Assembly: GCA_963762255.1 (NCBI GenBank)
Contig: CAVXKA010000001.1
Coordinates: 992,001 to 1,056,000, forward strand
Direction: 5' to 3'
Length of the DNA stretch: 64,000 bases
Source of the DNA: Candidatus Eiseniibacteriota bacterium
GTDB lineage: Bacteria; Eisenbacteria; RBG-16-71-46; JABDJR01
How positions within the stretch are numbered: position 1 is the first letter of the stretch; the number at the start of each line of letters is the position of its first letter. This document shows, one piece after another, positions 8,280 through 18,631 of the stretch. Position numbers and translations under genes: made by a program. A model generated the notes under the pieces. It saw only the letters and a list, made by a program, of their open reading frames with translations, was not told the DNA's origin and did no database searches.

Positions 8280-9797
8280 ATGCTCCAGCTCGACCGTACC
8301 GCGCCAGGATCCCTCGTGGAGAATCTCAAGAACGAGATTCTTCGCCGCGTCCGTCTTGGGCTTCTTCGCCCCGGCGATCGGCTGCCTCCGACCCGCCGGC
8401 TCGCCGGCGAACTCGGCGTGCATCGCGGAACCGTGACCGCGGCCTATGAAGCGCTGCGCGAGGAGGGTGTCCTTGCGGGCCATGTTGGCCGAGGGACCTT
8501 TGTCACGACCGGTCTCGCGTTGGCGGAGCTTGGACCCGCCCGGCGGGAAGACGGCGAGTTCCGCTGGTTGGACCACTTCGCGGGGTTCGATCCTCCGGTC
8601 GAAGACGGCACCGTGAACGAGGCCGCGATCATCGCCGCCGATCGTGAGGTCATCTCTTTCGCCGGGGGCGTACCCGACCCGGCCCTCTTTCCTACCGAGT
8701 CCTTCCGCGAGGCGATCAACGATGTCCTTCGCGAGGAGGGAAGCGCGCTGCTCGGCTACGGTCCGCCGGAAGGACATGCCTCCTTCGTGCGTTTTCTGCG
8801 CGGCTATCTGGGAGAACGGGGTGGGTTGACCGTTGGGGACGACGAGGTCCTGGTCGTCAACGGTTCGCAGCAGGCGCTCGATCTGATCGCGCGCACCTTC
8901 TTGCGTCCCGGCGACACGGTGCTCGTCGAGGAGCCCAGCTACTACGGTGCTCTGGATCTCTTCCGCGGTTACGGCGCGCGTCTCGTGGGGGTTCCGGTGG
9001 ACACCGACGGTCTCCGGGTGGATGCGCTCGAGACGATTCTCGCCCGCGAGCGCCCAAAGCTCGTCTACGTGATGCCCACCTTCCAGAACCCGACCGGGGG
9101 CTGTATGTCGGCCGCGCGGCGCCAGACGATGGTGCGGCTGAGCGCGCGCTACGAAGTGCCGGTGGTGGAGGACGATTTCGACGGCGAGCTCTATTACGGC
9201 GAGCCGCCGCCGCCGCCCCTCAAGAGCCTGCCCGATAGCCAGGGGGTGCTCTACATCGGAACCCCGAGCAAGATGCTCTTTCCGGGGTTGCGCATCGGAT
9301 GGATCGTGGCGGCGGAGCCTGTGGTGAGACGCATCTCCCGCATCCGCCGCATGGCGGACCTGTCGGGCTCGTCGCTTCTCCAGGCCGCGCTCGCACGATT
9401 CGCGGGGACGGGTGCTCTGAACCGGCACACGCAGCTCGTGCGGGAAGCGTATGGAGCGCGCGTGCAGAGGCTTCTCGACGCGCTCGACCGTCACATGCCG
9501 TCGGGAGTGAGCTGGACCCGCCCGCAGGGAGGACTCTCCCTCCTCGTGAGCTTGCCCGAGGAGACGGACTCAGGGGCGCTGCTCCCCGAGGCCGCGCGCG
9601 CCGGCGTGCTCTATTCGCCGGGGCGACTGTTTTTCGTGAACGGCGGCGCCAACCACCTGCGCCTCTCGTTCGGGAACGTGGCGACCGACCAGGTGGAAGA
9701 GGGCGCGAAGCGCCTCGGTGCGGTTCTGCGCCGCGAACTTGCTCGCGAGACGAAGCCGCCGCGCCGAGCGCGCGGAATGGCGATGCCGCCGGTGTGA
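8280..9797 (+). CDS. MocR/PdxR-type GntR regulator with PLP aminotransferase-like domain
   Basis: N-terminal RLPPTRRLAGELGVHRGTVTAAY wHTH; PTFQNPTG, EDD, SKMLFPGLRIGW; directly upstream of pdxST. Confidence 0.9.
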   Translation: MLQLDRTAPGSLVENLKNEILRRVRLGLLRPGDRLPPTRRLAGELGVHRGTVTAAYEALREEGVLAGHVGRGTFVTTGLALAELGPARREDGEFRWLDHFAGFDPPVEDGTVNEAAIIAADREVISFAGGVPDPALFPTESFREAINDVLREEGSALLGYGPPEGHASFVRFLRGYLGERGGLTVGDDEVLVVNGSQQALDLIARTFLRPGDTVLVEEPSYYGALDLFRGYGARLVGVPVDTDGLRVDALETILARERPKLVYVMPTFQNPTGGCMSAARRQTMVRLSARYEVPVVEDDFDGELYYGEPPPPPLKSLPDSQGVLYIGTPSKMLFPGLRIGWIVAAEPVVRRISRIRRMADLSGSSLLQAALARFAGTGALNRHTQLVREAYGARVQRLLDALDRHMPSGVSWTRPQGGLSLLVSLPEETDSGALLPEAARAGVLYSPGRLFFVNGGANHLRLSFGNVATDQVEEGAKRLGAVLRRELARETKPPRRARGMAMPPV

Positions 9798-9848
9798 TCG
9801 ACTCGTCCGCGGCGACACCCCGACGGACGGCTGCGAAGGAGAACAACA

Positions 9849-10733
9849 ATGGACACGACGTACACGCTGCGACTCAAGACCGGTCTCGCCGAGATGCTCA
9901 AGGGCGGGGTCATCATGGACGTGACCAACGCGGATCAGGCCAAGATCGCCGAAGACGGGGGCGCGGTCGCGGTGATGGCGCTTGAGCGCGTTCCCGCCGA
10001 CATCCGCCGCGAAGGGGGCGTGGTGCGCATGGCCGCGGTGGAGAAGATCCGCGAGATCATGGCAACGGTCTCGATCCCGGTCATGGCCAAGTGCCGGATC
10101 GGTCACTTCGCCGAAGCGCAGATGCTGCAGGCGATGGGTGTCGACTACATCGACGAGAGCGAGGTGCTGACCCCCGCCGACGAGCACTTCCATGTCGACA
10201 AGTTCAAGTTCAAGACGCCGTTCGTGTGCGGATGCACGAATCTCCCCGAGGCCCTGCGCCGGATCGGCGAGGGGGCAGCGATGATCCGCTCGAAGGGCGA
10301 GGCCGGCACCGGCGACATCGTGCAGGCGGTGCGCCACCTGCGCGACACCCTGGGCCACATCAAGCGCCTCACCGTCATGCCCGAGGAAGAGCTCATGACG
10401 GAGGCCAAGAACATGGGCGCGCCCTACGAGTTGGTGCGCCTGGTCGCCCGCGACGGCAAGCTCCCCGTCCCGCTCTTCTGCGCGGGCGGGGTGGCCACTC
10501 CCGCCGATGCTTCGCTCGTCATGCAGCTCGGCGCGGAGTCGGTGTTCGTCGGGAGCGGGATCTTCAAATCCGGGAATCCGGCCCAGCGGGCGCGCGCAAT
10601 CGTCGAGGCGACCACGCACTTCCGCGATCCGGAGGTGCTGGTGCGCGTGAGCGAGGGTCTCGGCGAGGCCATGGTCGGCATCAGCGCCTCGCAGCTCTCC
10701 GAGCACGACCTCCTGGAAACGCGCGGGTGGTGA
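9849..10733 (+). CDS. pdxS: Pyridoxal 5'-phosphate synthase lyase subunit
   Basis: [49 protein letters not shown]. Confidence 0.97.
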   Translation: MDTTYTLRLKTGLAEMLKGGVIMDVTNADQAKIAEDGGAVAVMALERVPADIRREGGVVRMAAVEKIREIMATVSIPVMAKCRIGHFAEAQMLQAMGVDYIDESEVLTPADEHFHVDKFKFKTPFVCGCTNLPEALRRIGEGAAMIRSKGEAGTGDIVQAVRHLRDTLGHIKRLTVMPEEELMTEAKNMGAPYELVRLVARDGKLPVPLFCAGGVATPADASLVMQLGAESVFVGSGIFKSGNPAQRARAIVEATTHFRDPEVLVRVSEGLGEAMVGISASQLSEHDLLETRGW

Positions 10734-10735
10734 CG

Positions 10736-11335
10736 ATGCGGATCGTCGGCGTGCTCGCCCTGCAGGGCGATTTCGCGCGCCACCGGACCGCGCTCGAACG
10801 CGCGGGGGCCGAGGTGCGCGAGGTGCGCGTGCCCGAGGACCTGATCGGTCTGGACGGACTGGTCCTCCCCGGCGGCGAGAGCACCGCGATGCTCAAGCTC
10901 ATGGAGCGCACGGGCCTCGAGGGAGCGATCCGCGCGTTCTACGCGGCCGGCGGCGCGCTCTTCGGCACCTGCGCGGGACTGATTCTCCTGGCGCGCTCGG
11001 TGACCGGTCCCGAGCAGCGCTCTCTCGGACTGCTCGACGCCGTGGTGGAGCGCAACGCCTACGGCCGGCAGACCGATTCCTTCGAGACCGACCTTTCCTG
11101 GAGCGAGGACGGCGGCGTGATCCGCGGCGTGTTCATCCGGGCGCCCCGCATCCGCCGGCTGGGACCGGGCGTGCGCGTGTTGGCCGAGCGCGACGGCGAG
11201 CCGGTGCTCGTGCGCAACGGTCGCGTGCTCGCGGCGACGTTCCATCCCGAGCTGACCGACGACACTCGCGTGCACCGTTACTTCGTCGAAGAGATGGCCG
11301 GCGCGCCGCCACCCGCGGAGCAACGAGAGCGGTGA
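10736..11335 (+). CDS. pdxT: PLP synthase glutaminase subunit
   Basis: GVLALQGDF, PGGEST, FGTCAGLI, RNAYGRQ, FIRAP, FHPELT. Confidence 0.97.
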   Translation: MRIVGVLALQGDFARHRTALERAGAEVREVRVPEDLIGLDGLVLPGGESTAMLKLMERTGLEGAIRAFYAAGGALFGTCAGLILLARSVTGPEQRSLGLLDAVVERNAYGRQTDSFETDLSWSEDGGVIRGVFIRAPRIRRLGPGVRVLAERDGEPVLVRNGRVLAATFHPELTDDTRVHRYFVEEMAGAPPPAEQRER

Positions 11336-11787
11336 GAACCACGACGTATCCGTCCAAGCGCGACACCTGGCTCACGGTTCTCATCTGGGTGTCGGCGACG
11401 CTGGTGACGGCCTCAGGCGTCGGAATTCTCCTCACCGACGCCTCGTTGCTCCAGCGCGCGATCTTCTTCCTACTGGGACTCGCCACCGCGGGTCTCATGT
11501 TCTGGATTCTCTACGGGACTTTCTATCGATTGACCGACACGGATCTCATCGTTCGTTCCGGGCCGTTCCGATACACGATTCCGCTCGACGGGATCCGATC
11601 GGTGGCGCCCACCCGCAGTCCGCTCTCGGGGCCCGCCTGCTCCCTGGACCGCCTGCAGGTGGACGCCGCGGGGTCGTCGGTGCTGATATCACCCGCGGCC
11701 AAGCACGCCTTCCTGCGCGATCTCGCCGGCCGTTCCCGCGGGCTCGTCCTCGAGGGGGTCGTGCTGTTGCGGAAGCCGAAACGGTGA
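11332..11787 (+). CDS. Bacterial PH-domain membrane protein (YyaB-like)
   Basis: YPSKRDTW, two TM helices, LIVRSGPF, SPLSGPACSLDRL, ISP. Confidence 0.75.
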   Translation: MRTTTYPSKRDTWLTVLIWVSATLVTASGVGILLTDASLLQRAIFFLLGLATAGLMFWILYGTFYRLTDTDLIVRSGPFRYTIPLDGIRSVAPTRSPLSGPACSLDRLQVDAAGSSVLISPAAKHAFLRDLAGRSRGLVLEGVVLLRKPKR

Positions 11788-11801
11788 GTGGATCGGCCTG
11801 C

Positions 11802-12725
11802 ATGCGAATCGGCGTGGACCTGGGCGGGACCAAGATCGAGGCGGCGGCATTCGACGAGTGCGGCGCGGAACGATACCGCCGCAGGGTCGCCACGCCCCGC
11901 GACGACTACGCAGGGACTCTGGACGCGATCACCGTGCTCGTGGAGGAGGCGGAGCGTGTGGCCGGTCGGCGCGGCACAGTGGGGGTGGGCACACCCGGGG
12001 CCATCTCGCCGGCGAGCGGCCTCCTCAAGAACGCCAACTCGGTGTGGCTGAATGGACGCCCGCTGCTTCGCGATCTCGAAGCGCGGCTTGCGCGGCCGGT
12101 CCGCCTTGCGAACGACGCGAACTGCTTCGCGCTCAGCGAGGCGCAGGACGGCGCCGGCGTCGGCGCGCGGGTCGTATTCGGCGTGATCGTGGGCACCGGA
12201 ACCGGTGGGGGCGTCGTGGTGGAAGGCAAGGTTCTCACCGGCCTCAACGCGGTGGCGGGCGAGTGGGGACACAACCCGCTTCCCTGGCCGCACGACGGCG
12301 AGTGGCCCGGACCCCGTTGCTACTGCGGCCGCACCGGCTGCGTGGAGACGTTTCTCTCCGGACCGGGCATGCTGCGGGACCACGAGGAGCGCACCGGACA
12401 GGCGATCGTCCCCGCGGAGATCGCCCGGGCCGCGGGTCTCGGGGACGCCCGGGCGCGGGTGAGCCTCGACCGTTACGCGGACCGGATGGCCCGCGCGCTG
12501 GCCTCGGTGATCAACCTCCTCGATCCCGATGTCATTGTATTGGGCGGCGGGATGTCCAACCTCGGCGCTCTCTACGACGAGGTTCCCCGACGGTGGGGCG
12601 CGTATGTGTTCTCGGATCGCGTCGACACGCCGTTGCGGCGGCCGGTGCACGGCGACTCGGGCGGCGTGCGCGGCGCGGCGTGGTTGTGGTCGCTCGACGA
12701 GGCGGCGGGTCGGGAAGACACGTGA
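11802..12725 (+). CDS. ROK family sugar kinase (fructokinase/Mak-like)
   Basis: IGVDLGGTK, ANDANCFALSE, GTGTGGG, AGEWGH, CYCGRTGCVE. Confidence 0.9.
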   Translation: MRIGVDLGGTKIEAAAFDECGAERYRRRVATPRDDYAGTLDAITVLVEEAERVAGRRGTVGVGTPGAISPASGLLKNANSVWLNGRPLLRDLEARLARPVRLANDANCFALSEAQDGAGVGARVVFGVIVGTGTGGGVVVEGKVLTGLNAVAGEWGHNPLPWPHDGEWPGPRCYCGRTGCVETFLSGPGMLRDHEERTGQAIVPAEIARAAGLGDARARVSLDRYADRMARALASVINLLDPDVIVLGGGMSNLGALYDEVPRRWGAYVFSDRVDTPLRRPVHGDSGGVRGAAWLWSLDEAAGREDT

Positions 12726-13648
12726 GCGCCCGGCCGGAGCGCGAGGCTCTGATCTCGACCGCCCACGGCACACACGCCGGCGCCTTCGGCCCCACCGAGT
12801 GGGCGCTGCTCGCCGCCGTGGGCGGGATATGGGGCTCCTCCTTCGTCTTCATCGCGGTCGGGCTCGAGACCTTCAAGCCTGAACTCATCACACTCTTGAG
12901 AGTCGTACTCGGCACCGCCACGCTGGCCCTCGTGCCGCGTGCGCGCCGACCGGTGGCGCGCCAGGATTGGGGGCGAATCGCGATCCTGGGCGCCGTATGG
13001 ATGGCCATTCCCCTCACCCTCTATCCGATCGCGCAGCAGTGGATCGACTCGTCTCTGGCAGGGATGATCAACGGTTCTGTTCCGCTCTTCGCCGCGATGG
13101 CGGCAGCGATCCTTCTACGCCGGCTACCCGGCCGAATCCAGATGTGGGGTCTCGGGCTCGGCTTCCTCGGCGTCCTCGCGGTGACGTGGCCGGCGGCGCA
13201 GGGGGCACGCGCGACCGCGATGGGGGCGGGGCTCGGGATCGCGGCCTGCGTCTGCTACGGCATCTCCGCGAACCTCGCGGTGCCGCTGCAGCAGCGCTAC
13301 GGCGCCCTTCCAGTCTTGCTGCGTGCCCAACTCGTGGCGGTCGTGTTGTGTCTGCCGCTCGGGATTCCCGCGCTGCGCGCCTCGCACTGGGCGTGGCAAG
13401 GCGCGGCGGCGATGCTCGTCCTCGGTGTTTTCGGTACGGGATGGGCGTACGTGGCCATGGGCACGCTGGTCGGGCGAGCGGGAGCCACGCGGGGCGCGGT
13501 GGCCGTCTACTTCATCCCGGTGGTGGCGATCGTGCTCGGCGTGGTCTTCCGCGGCGAGCGCATCGCGCCGATCTCGATCGTGGGCACCGGGCTCGTTCTC
13601 CTGGGCGCCGCCTTCTCCAGCCGCCGCGAGGTTCGCGTCAACCGCTGA
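12722..13648 (+). CDS. DMT/EamA family transporter
   Basis: GTG overlapping upstream stop; IWGSSF; about 10 hydrophobic segments in two repeats. Confidence 0.85.
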   Translation: MSARPEREALISTAHGTHAGAFGPTEWALLAAVGGIWGSSFVFIAVGLETFKPELITLLRVVLGTATLALVPRARRPVARQDWGRIAILGAVWMAIPLTLYPIAQQWIDSSLAGMINGSVPLFAAMAAAILLRRLPGRIQMWGLGLGFLGVLAVTWPAAQGARATAMGAGLGIAACVCYGISANLAVPLQQRYGALPVLLRAQLVAVVLCLPLGIPALRASHWAWQGAAAMLVLGVFGTGWAYVAMGTLVGRAGATRGAVAVYFIPVVAIVLGVVFRGERIAPISIVGTGLVLLGAAFSSRREVRVNR

Positions 13649-14444
13649 CGAGTTCTCCACGCAGCATGGTGACCGCCTGGCCGCCCAGGGTCACGCGGTC
13701 GCCCCGCACTTCGACCCGCACGATGCCGCCCCGGGTGGAGCACTGGAATCCGACGAGTGAGGTCCTTCCAAGGCGCTCCGCCCAGTGAGGTCCTAACGCG
13801 CAGTGCGCGGAGCCGGTCACCGGATCCTCGTCCACGCCCGACCCCGGCGCGAAGAACCTGGAGACGAAATCGTACGAGGGAGCTTCGGCGCGGGATTGAG
13901 CGACGGCGGTCACGATGACGCCGCGCCGGCCGAGGGTGGCCAGACGACGCATGTCGGGCCGTAGCCCGCGCACGATCGCCTCGTCTTCCACCTCCACGAA
14001 GATGTCGAATTTCGTTCTGCCGATGTAGCTGGGTGTCGCGCCGAGCGCGCTCGACAATCCATCCGGTTCGGCGGCGGGGGAATCCGGAGTGGAGGGGAAG
14101 TCCATCTCGATCCCGTTGCCGCGTCGCGCCGCGGTGAGGAGCCCGCTACGGGTGTGGAAGCGAGCCTCGTCTCCCTCAGCCAGAAAACTCTCTTCCCAGA
14201 GCACGTGCGCACTGGCCAGGGTGGCGTGGCCGCACAGGTCGACCTCCGTGGTGGGCGTGAACCAGCGCAGCGACCATCCATCCTCGCGGCGCACGAGGAA
14301 CGCCGTCTCCGAGAGGTTCATCTCCCTTGCCACGTGTTGCATCCATGCCGGTTCTCGCTCCTCGGGGAGTACGCATACGGCTGCGGGGTTTCCCGCGAAC
14401 GGGCGGTCGGTGAAGGCGTCCACGACGGTGATGTGCTGTCCCAT
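13638..14444 (-). CDS. PhzF family isomerase
   Basis: VDAFTDRPFAGNPAAV, EMNLSETAF, EVDLCGHATLA, EDPVTGSAHC. Confidence 0.93.
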   Translation of the reverse strand: MGQHITVVDAFTDRPFAGNPAAVCVLPEEREPAWMQHVAREMNLSETAFLVRREDGWSLRWFTPTTEVDLCGHATLASAHVLWEESFLAEGDEARFHTRSGLLTAARRGNGIEMDFPSTPDSPAAEPDGLSSALGATPSYIGRTKFDIFVEVEDEAIVRGLRPDMRRLATLGRRGVIVTAVAQSRAEAPSYDFVSRFFAPGSGVDEDPVTGSAHCALGPHWAERLGRTSLVGFQCSTRGGIVRVEVRGDRVTLGGQAVTMLRGELVSG

Positions 14445-14469
14445 CAAGCTCTCCTTTGCGCGGTCCGAA

Positions 14470-15693
14470 TCACTCGGGGTTGTCCTCGCTCTGCGCGCCG
14501 GCCCGCGCGTCGTAGTAGGCCTGCTCGGTTTCCATCTGCTTCCGCTTGATGCGCAGGAGCTCCACGCGAAGCTCGGCGTCGGCGACTTGCGCTTGCAGCG
14601 CGGCCAACTCACGCGCGGCCGCCTCGTCGCCGCCGGCCCCGTCGATTCGTGCCATGAGGTCGAGCCGTAGCTGCAGCGCCGCCTGGACCCGCTTGCGCCG
14701 GGCGTGGACATCGTCCACCCGCGCGCGCAGCGACTCGATGTCCGGGGCGCCGGCAAGCGTGGCGACGATGGCGGGCGTGAACGCTTCGAGGCGGTCGAGC
14801 CGCGGCGCAAGCGCGTCCGCGTGCTCTCCGAAGAGCAGCGTGGGCACCGGGTTCCATGTGTGGCTCTTCGTGCTCAGATCCTCGACGTTGCCGTGATCGC
14901 TCGTCACCAGCAGCGTAGTGTGGTCGAGGTCCGTGCCCGCCAGCGTCGCGGCCAGGAATCGCTCCAACTTCACCAGCTCGTGCGCCGCGCGCGCGCGGTC
15001 CCGGGCGTGGCCGGCCTTGTCCGTCTGGAAGAACTCGAAGAAGACGAAGTCGAACTCGCCGGCGGCACGGGCAAGGATGGCTCCGGCCTCTTCCGGCGTG
15101 CGGAGCGGGATGTCGTAGCCCTTTGCCCGCGCGCTGTCGTGAGTGATGTCATGGTAGACGGCGCGGCCGGCCCGCAGGTCGTCCACCGTCCGAAACGGCG
15201 CGCCGCCCGCGCGATTGGCCCACGTGGTGGCGCTCATCCCCTTGGTCCACACCTCGTCTCCCAACTCGAAGAAGAGCGGGCGATACGCGTTCAGAAACGC
15301 CACGCGCTTTCCCGCCTCCGCCAATTGCTTGAACACGGAGGCGCGCATGAGCATCTGCCGCAGCCTGGGCGACGGGTAGCCGTAGAGATGCCGGCCGATC
15401 GCCTCGGCGGCGTTCTCGCCGGTGAGCAGCGTCGTCTGACCGGTGGCACTTTGGGGAAGGCCGGGGAGCCCCAACGAGGCGTCGGTGGCGCGCACCAACC
15501 CTGAGTACGGGAGAGGCGTCGCGCGAAGAACCTCGGGGAATTCACCCGGGCGCCCACCGCCTTCCGGCGGACGCCACCCCCGGGGCAGGAAGTTGGCCAG
15601 GAGCCTGAGATCGGGGTGACGCAGGGGATTGGAATCCGCCTCGGCATCGCCGAGCCCGATGCCGTCCACGAAGACGAACACGATGCGGCTCAA
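14470..15693 (-). CDS. Alkaline-phosphatase-superfamily metalloenzyme (phosphoglycerate mutase/phosphopentomutase-like) with C-terminal coiled-coil extension
   Basis: TTG start with SD GAGGAGG; FVDGIGLG, LPQSATGQT, TDKAGH, TSDHGNVED, HT motifs. Confidence 0.8.
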   Translation of the reverse strand: MSRIVFVFVDGIGLGDAEADSNPLRHPDLRLLANFLPRGWRPPEGGGRPGEFPEVLRATPLPYSGLVRATDASLGLPGLPQSATGQTTLLTGENAAEAIGRHLYGYPSPRLRQMLMRASVFKQLAEAGKRVAFLNAYRPLFFELGDEVWTKGMSATTWANRAGGAPFRTVDDLRAGRAVYHDITHDSARAKGYDIPLRTPEEAGAILARAAGEFDFVFFEFFQTDKAGHARDRARAAHELVKLERFLAATLAGTDLDHTTLLVTSDHGNVEDLSTKSHTWNPVPTLLFGEHADALAPRLDRLEAFTPAIVATLAGAPDIESLRARVDDVHARRKRVQAALQLRLDLMARIDGAGGDEAAARELAALQAQVADAELRVELLRIKRKQMETEQAYYDARAGAQSEDNPE

Positions 15694-15816
15694 CCGGAAC
15701 CTCCTCGGATGGCGCGCCGACCGATCCACGGGCGGCACGCGAGGCCGCGAGTCTATCACCGGTCTTCGTGAATGAGACATGACCGCCGCGCGCGGGCGTG
15801 GTATAACAGCGCCTTC

Positions 15817-17157
15817 ATGCTTCGCACCGAGCGCGCACCCGAGCCACCGGAACATGGGTCCGTCCACGGCATCCACCTCCGTGAGGGGAGGTTTAGCGAT
15901 GCCGAGGCTTTGGCGCCTCCGGAATGGGTGCTTCGCGGCGCCCTCTACTCGATCTACCCGCGCGCGTTCTCGCCCGAAGGCACCCTTGCCGCGATCCTCC
16001 CCCAGCTCGGTCGCATCGCCGAACTCGGTGCCTCCGCGCTCTGGCTGTTGCCGATTCATCCTATCGGCGTCGAGGGTCGGAAGGGGACGCGAGGATCCCC
16101 CTACGCGGTTCGCGACTACCGCGCGGTGGATCCCGCGCTGGGCACACTGGACGACTTGCGACGGCTCGTGGACGCCGCGCATGCCCGCGGGCTCAGGGTG
16201 ATCATCGATTTCGTGGCCAACCACGCCGCCCCGGATCATGTGCTCGCAGGCAGGCATCCGGAGTGGCTGGCCCGCGACGGCCGTGGGCGGGCGGCTCGGC
16301 GCGTTCGGGAGTGGACCGACGTGGCCGATTGGCGGTTCGATGCCGAGGGCGTCGCGGAATACCTCGCCGAGAGCGCGGCCTACTGGGTTCGGGAGGCGGG
16401 GATCGACGGCTACCGGTGCGACGTGGCCGGTATGGTCCCGAGGGCCCTCTGGAGCGAGGTGCATCGCCGGCTCACCGCGATCCGCCCCGACCACTTCATG
16501 CTGGCCGAGTGGCAGGATCCCGAACTGCACACGATCGCGTTTCACGCCTCGTACGACTGGGCGCTCTACCGTGCGGTGCGGGACACGGTTCAGGGCCGGG
16601 CAAAGGCGTCCGCCGTGCGGGACGCGCTGAGACTCTGGACGGACAACTTCCCGTCTCGGGCCTTGCCGCTGCGATTCGTCGAGAACCACGACGAGCCGCG
16701 CGCGCTGACCAGCCTGGGCCGCACGCACCTCGGCGCCGCCGCCGCGGTGGCGATGCTCTCCGGAGGTCTGCCGCTTGTCTACAACGGACAGGAAGTCGGC
16801 GCTGCGCACCGGCCAAGTCTCTTCGAGGCGGAGCCGATCGTCTGGTCCGCGGTCGATTCTTCGTCCGGAGACATGGTCCGGGCCCTGCTCACGTTGCGCC
16901 GAAACGACCCCTGGGGTGTTGGGCCGGCGGTGCCGATCGAGACCGAGGCGCCGGAATCGGTGGCGGCCTTCGCCCGAAACGGTGTCACGCACCGGGGTGT
17001 GGTGATCGCAAATCTTGGAGGGCGCGAGGAGACCGTCCGTCTCGATGCCTTCGTCGCGGCGGGTCCCTTCCGTGCGATTCTAGGCTCGCCGGAGTCCTGG
17101 GAGCCGGGCCGCCCCCTGAAGCTCGCGCCGGGGGGCACTTGGGTGGGGGTGGCATGA
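15817..17157 (+). CDS. GH13 alpha-amylase family glycoside hydrolase
   Basis: GSPYAVRDY, DFVANH, DGYRCDVA (nucleophile), MLAEW (acid/base), ENHD; start uncertain (15772 alternative). Confidence 0.88.
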   Translation: MLRTERAPEPPEHGSVHGIHLREGRFSDAEALAPPEWVLRGALYSIYPRAFSPEGTLAAILPQLGRIAELGASALWLLPIHPIGVEGRKGTRGSPYAVRDYRAVDPALGTLDDLRRLVDAAHARGLRVIIDFVANHAAPDHVLAGRHPEWLARDGRGRAARRVREWTDVADWRFDAEGVAEYLAESAAYWVREAGIDGYRCDVAGMVPRALWSEVHRRLTAIRPDHFMLAEWQDPELHTIAFHASYDWALYRAVRDTVQGRAKASAVRDALRLWTDNFPSRALPLRFVENHDEPRALTSLGRTHLGAAAAVAMLSGGLPLVYNGQEVGAAHRPSLFEAEPIVWSAVDSSSGDMVRALLTLRRNDPWGVGPAVPIETEAPESVAAFARNGVTHRGVVIANLGGREETVRLDAFVAAGPFRAILGSPESWEPGRPLKLAPGGTWVGVA

Positions 17158-17999
17158 GAACGGGCACGCGCCCGCGCGCGGGGATTCTCGATCGCGTGCT
17201 CGAGCGGTGGCAGATGGCGCCGCCGGCGGCTCCCACGGTCGATGCACTGGATGAACTGCACGCTGCGTACCTGCGCAACGTCCCGTTCGAGAACGCCACG
17301 AAGCTGATCAAGGCGGCGCGGGTCATGTCTCCGGATGCCGCCATTCGGGGACCGGTAGAGTTCTGGGAAGACCATCTCCGTTGGGGAAGCGGTGGGACGT
17401 GCTTCGCATCGAGCTACGCCTATCAGTTCCTGCTTCGTTTCCTGGGGTTCCAATGCCAGCTCATATTTTGCCATCTACCAGCAGAAAAACCGCAGGCCCA
17501 CACCGCGCTCGCCGTGGAGATCGGGGACACTCGTTGGCTGGTGGACGTGGGCTATGCACTTCCAACGCCGGTCGCGCTGCCGACCGGGCTCACCGTGCTG
17601 CGCACGACACCGCTCTACGACATCGAGATCCGCCGGGGACCGCACGACGAGTGCCTTCTCTTCACCGAGGATGATCGCGGGCAGCGGTTTCGCTATCGGT
17701 TCGTTCCACGCGCCGTGTCCGAGGGGGCCTATCTCGGAGCCTGGCGCGAGTCGTTTCGTCTCGAGACCCCGTACATGCGTCGGCTGGCCCTCGGCCGCTT
17801 CCGAGCCGGAGCCCGGTACCTCTACAAAGAGCCCGGACGGGTCTTCGCCATCAGCCGGCAGGGGGAGGAGACTATCGCCCTGAGCGGACCGGAAGCGACG
17901 GCGGTCGCCGCCTTCTTTCAATTCCCGGAAGTACTTGTAGATAGCGCTATTACAGCCATGAATCGTCTGGGTTCCCTGCGCCTTCGCCCCACTGGATAA
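17154..17999 (+). CDS. Arylamine N-acetyltransferase family protein
   Basis: VPFEN, GGTCF (Cys), AHTAL (His), LVDVG (Asp). Confidence 0.85.
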   Translation: MRTGTRPRAGILDRVLERWQMAPPAAPTVDALDELHAAYLRNVPFENATKLIKAARVMSPDAAIRGPVEFWEDHLRWGSGGTCFASSYAYQFLLRFLGFQCQLIFCHLPAEKPQAHTALAVEIGDTRWLVDVGYALPTPVALPTGLTVLRTTPLYDIEIRRGPHDECLLFTEDDRGQRFRYRFVPRAVSEGAYLGAWRESFRLETPYMRRLALGRFRAGARYLYKEPGRVFAISRQGEETIALSGPEATAVAAFFQFPEVLVDSAITAMNRLGSLRLRPTG

Positions 18000-18019
18000 G
18001 TGACTTCCAGATTCCCTTG

Positions 18020-18076
18020 TTGACCTGAAGGTACGAGATTCCGTATCGTCCTTATGAGATTGAGACTACGTCTCAA
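18020..18076 (+). promoter_or_regulatory. Promoter and Fur-type operator of the iron operon
   Basis: TTGACC-18-TATCGT; palindrome TTGAGAC-TAC-GTCTCAA at 18060-18076. Confidence 0.65.
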
Positions 18077-18091
18077 CAAAGGAGAGGTGCG

Positions 18092-18607
18092 ATGTCCGGA
18101 CTGCATTCAGAACTCAGCGGCGTAAGCGGCGCGGTGGGGGACACCCCCCTCGCTCGGTTCGAGATCTACCTGCGCGAGCACAATCTCCGGCTCACTCAGG
18201 AGCGCCAGTCCGTACTCGACGTGGTTCTGAGCCGTGAGGGGCATTTCGATGCGGACAGCCTGCTGCAGTTCGTCCGCCAGCGCCGTGAAGGGAAACGCGT
18301 GAGCCGGGCGACGCTCTACCGCACGCTCGAGCACTTGCGCGCGGCCGGCTTGGTGAAGATGCACCGTTTCGGACCGGGTCAAGCCCTCTACGAGCATGTC
18401 TACAATCGCCTGCACCACGACCACATGGTTTGCGATTCCTGCGGCCGGGTGGTCGAGTTCGTGAGCGACGAGATCGAGCGCCTGCAAGAGGACGTCTGCC
18501 GGGAGCACGGCTTTCGCCCCGGCAACCACGTCATGCAGATCTTCGGGATCTGCGCCGAATGCGCCGCAGGAAACGTCTCAGGAAACGGGGAGGACGCGCG
18601 GCGGTAG
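18092..18607 (+). CDS. fur: Fur family transcriptional regulator
   Basis: LRLTQER, SRATLYRTL, HHDHMVCDSCG, GICAEC. Confidence 0.88.
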   Translation: MSGLHSELSGVSGAVGDTPLARFEIYLREHNLRLTQERQSVLDVVLSREGHFDADSLLQFVRQRREGKRVSRATLYRTLEHLRAAGLVKMHRFGPGQALYEHVYNRLHHDHMVCDSCGRVVEFVSDEIERLQEDVCREHGFRPGNHVMQIFGICAECAAGNVSGNGEDARR

Positions 18608-18631
18608 GGACTTCCTGCCAACGTCTACGCG

